Notes under the pieces: generated by a model
Told to the model about the DNA's origin: nothing
What the model saw: the letters and a program-made list of their open reading frames with translations, nothing else
Database searches by the model: none
Source: Psilocybe cubensis
Taxonomy: Eukaryota
DNA: 64,000 bases
Assembly (NCBI GenBank): GCA_017499595.2
Contig: CM039005.1
Coordinates: 3,224,001-3,288,000 of the forward strand
Direction: 5' to 3'
Program-made: the position numbers and the translations under genes
Part shown: piece after piece, positions 61,101 to 64,000 of the stretch
How positions within the stretch are numbered: position 1 is the stretch's first letter
Layout: each line of letters starts with the position of its first letter

Positions 61101-64000
61101 GGATCATGAATAAAATGAAGTTATACATTGGAGGAGATTATGTGAGATAAGATAAACGAGTCACTCACACGGCATCCAGATGAAAATTGGGACTGGCATT
61201 CGTTAAGCGCCCAAAACGTCTCCAAGACGATACTTTCATATATTTAACACATAGCATCTCTATTTCCCCAAAATCAGTGACAAAGCAGTGCATTAGGAAG
61301 GGCAGAGGGATACATACATGATATACAGAGCTACAAGCCAGCTCCATGAACTTTGCAAGGAGGATGATGAGATCAGCGGATGCATGTCATCCGGTCTACT
61401 CCTCCAGCGCCAATTCCGCGTTTCTAGTGAAAAAAACACCGTTTCCTCGCATCTCGGGCAGTAATCACGTCATGCTGTCGTCAATAGACAAATGCCGTGA
61501 ATATTCATACGAGATTGACGGAGACATGTTGATTGCAAGAATAGACTGAACTCAAGGTACGTGAGACACATACCTCTCAGTTCCTCTCGGTTCTCAACCT
61601 TAATCGTGGTTATGTACCGTATTGCATGAATAGGACGCAATATACCAAAGTCTCCTTGTGAGCGATGGGTATAGAGTAGAGAGTGTCTTTTGCTAAGCCA
61701 CACAAAGCGTTCATTGTTACTGAATTATACACTGATATTAAAGTTTTAAATGGGCTTTTGTTAGGTCAAGCGTCATCCATAGAAATGAGATATGCACTGG
61801 CTGACTCTTGAGCCACTGAGCTCACCGTTGCGCGCTTCGATGCTCTTTATTTCTTTGAACAATCAAAGGTACTTCCTGAAAAACTGATTAAAACAACTAT
61901 TTTTGACTGTTTCACAGTGTTTATAATATATTCAAGCACTTCAGGAGTACGGTTGCAAAACGACAGGGAGAGTGGGCTCTAGGTGAGTCTTTCAAGTTCC
62001 ACTTTTGACCGCTCCCGCCCAGGAATCGTCTTCTAAGCATCCATTCGGAGTGGGGAACTGATATTACTCGCTATTCTTTCTCTCCTAGATGAAGGACTCC
62101 TTTTGAGCTGTCGTGCGCTGGTTGCAACTCACTGACGTTCTCGTCCTGGCCTTCGAAGATGATATGGGTGTTCTGTATGTCAACATTGTTCTGACAGTCT
62201 GAAATTGCGCTGGAAATTCGAGTTGAACTGCGAAGCAATGAGCGGGTGTCAGCACAAATGCATTATCAAGGGGATGTAACTCACCGTCGCAGCCCACCAC
62301 AGTTGAACACCTCGTCAGAACCATTGTCAACGGGACAATCAACATCACGGCTCACCGTTCGGTCAACATTCTGGGTGCCGCGCGGGTGCCGTGTTTGTCT
62401 TTGGGAGGAAAACTGTGCAACGGAAAAGGCGGAGTCAGTACGAGTGCGTCCATGAAGGGTTACAGCTCACCGTGGAGGTCACTCTGCGTTGTCATGACCT
62501 GCGGGGCACGTCGTCACTGCCGTTGTTGACAAGAAAGGCAGAAACTCAACTTACCAGATGCCATTGACTCCACCAACGACGAGGGATCACCGACTGCCGA
62601 CAAGGTGGGGGTGGACATGACTCGAGCATGTCGTTGACGTGCTGGTGTTACGTGGCTGCGATTGGAAGGCGTCAGCAACATCCCGCCGTCAAGAAAGCAC
62701 CGCTCACCATATCAAGACTGGACACCGAGTCCTTGTCATTGTCATCAGTGCTGCCATTGACAGAGTACTGCGGCTTACCATTGGTTTCAACATTCTGGGC
62801 GTCGTCTGCCTGTCGTGCACGTCTTGCGAGGTGGAAATGCGCATCGTCAACGCTGCTCTCGATAGATACCGTCGGGCCCACAACACGGACATGCCATTCA
62901 ATGCGCACAGTACTCACCGCGCCGTTGTGTTGGGATGCCAGAGCGTTAGGGTCGTTCTGTCCAGGTGCGTCGTCCGCATTCTAGAAAGCACTACACGGTA
63001 AAGAGGGGTCAGTCCCGGCGTTTCAGAAGGGATACACCTCACCGTCGTGTCGCGCTCCATTCTGCATCCTCAAGTCTGTCAAACACACCGTCAGCGCCGT
63101 TGTTGACAGCAGACACAACAGCCCGCTTACCATTCCCAAGCAGCCGCCATGCGAATCCACAAACAATGGGGGGAAGAATTGGAAAGAGGCCAAGGCTGAG
63201 GAGGCAGAGAAGAGGAGGGGATGAGGCTTGAGGGGAATGAAGAAATCCAGCAAGGTGCGTGGTCTTTATATACCCGTGTCGGTTCTAGCACTAGTGTTAC
63301 TAGTACGCCTTGTTGCATGTCGTATGTACTGAAAATACAGATTTTTTTTTTCGTTTCTGTGTTCGCTTAGTGTGGTTTTGGGTTACGCGAGTGCAGATTG
63401 GGTCTTGAGATTGGGAACTGAATGGTTCCCCAAGGTGTAACGTTGGAATAACAAGAATGCGAGGGCAGGGTGGTGTGCGTAGTGCACATATTGTTTGGAT
63501 AAATCATGTGTATTGCGAATCCGGGTGTTCATTCTGTTCATGTGATACGTTCGATAGGAAACTCGTTCATGTTGCATCCATTTGAGTCGTGCAATCAAAG
63601 TGAGTATCGATGTAATCCATCTCCCAGTGCTCAAGTGGTGATATAGCTCAAACTCTTCAGAATCGCACCATGCACAAAAAACAAGAGTCGATAAAATCAC
63701 CACTGAATCTCTCGCAACCATCTTCAAAATCAAGAAACATTCAATGACTCGGGAACAGGTACGTACACATAGCCCTCGAACCATATGTACTTGACGGTGA
63801 ACTTGCGTTCTGGCACTCCCGGTGTGCGGACATTTGCTTTGGAGTCGATACGGGAAATCCATCTTCTGCACAGCGACAAATTGAACGCCGCGATTCCTTC
63901 TAGCAAATCTGACGTTAACCGTAGCCGAGAGTGTTTGGGATAGTGTAGATACGGATCCGAATTGAAGGGAAACGATTGGAATGGGGGTGAATGTTGATTC
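55172..64000. repeat. Tandem array unit 3 (runs off the window)
   Basis: The ORF track recurs at +37917 relative to unit 1. Confidence 0.95.
56417..57557 (+). pseudogene. TBC/Rab-GAP gene fragment (unit 3 copy)
   Basis: Identical ORF translations to unit 1. Confidence 0.8.

Noticed and set aside
17255-64000. Array as a pure assembly artefact
   Set aside because: Three different junctions, a TSD-flanked insertion absent from unit 1 and a minisatellite length difference are unlikely from mis-assembly, though read support is still needed.

Overview
Eukaryotic, intron-containing DNA that looks like an Agaricomycete (basidiomycete) right-hand subtelomere; the G-rich telomeric strand (TTTAGGG)n is on +, so the chromosome end lies to the right. 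Bases 1-14.5 kb are ordinary chromosome: a multi-exon membrane-protein gene, a NIMA/NEK kinase, and a CHAT-domain gene cut off by telomeric repeats at 14549. Everything beyond was added to that broken end. First come alternating telomeric tracts and 5'-truncated copies of an endonuclease-less Penelope-like (Coprina-type) retroelement. Its 3' end carries a type I hammerhead ribozyme and a GCGAAGC/tandem-GA DNA hairpin. Next is a tandem array of near-identical units starting at 17255, 34827 and 55172. Each complete unit has a fixed hairpin/palindrome terminus, about 13.3 kb of cargo (intron-bearing gene fragments, minisatellites), a healed telomere and a variably truncated Penelope-like copy; unit 3 runs off the window. 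A very recent Ty3/Gypsy element (identical 173-bp LTRs, TGTAC target-site duplication, Tf1-like self-priming site) sits in unit 2, while unit 1 has the empty site. All calls are from reading motifs by eye; no searches were run.
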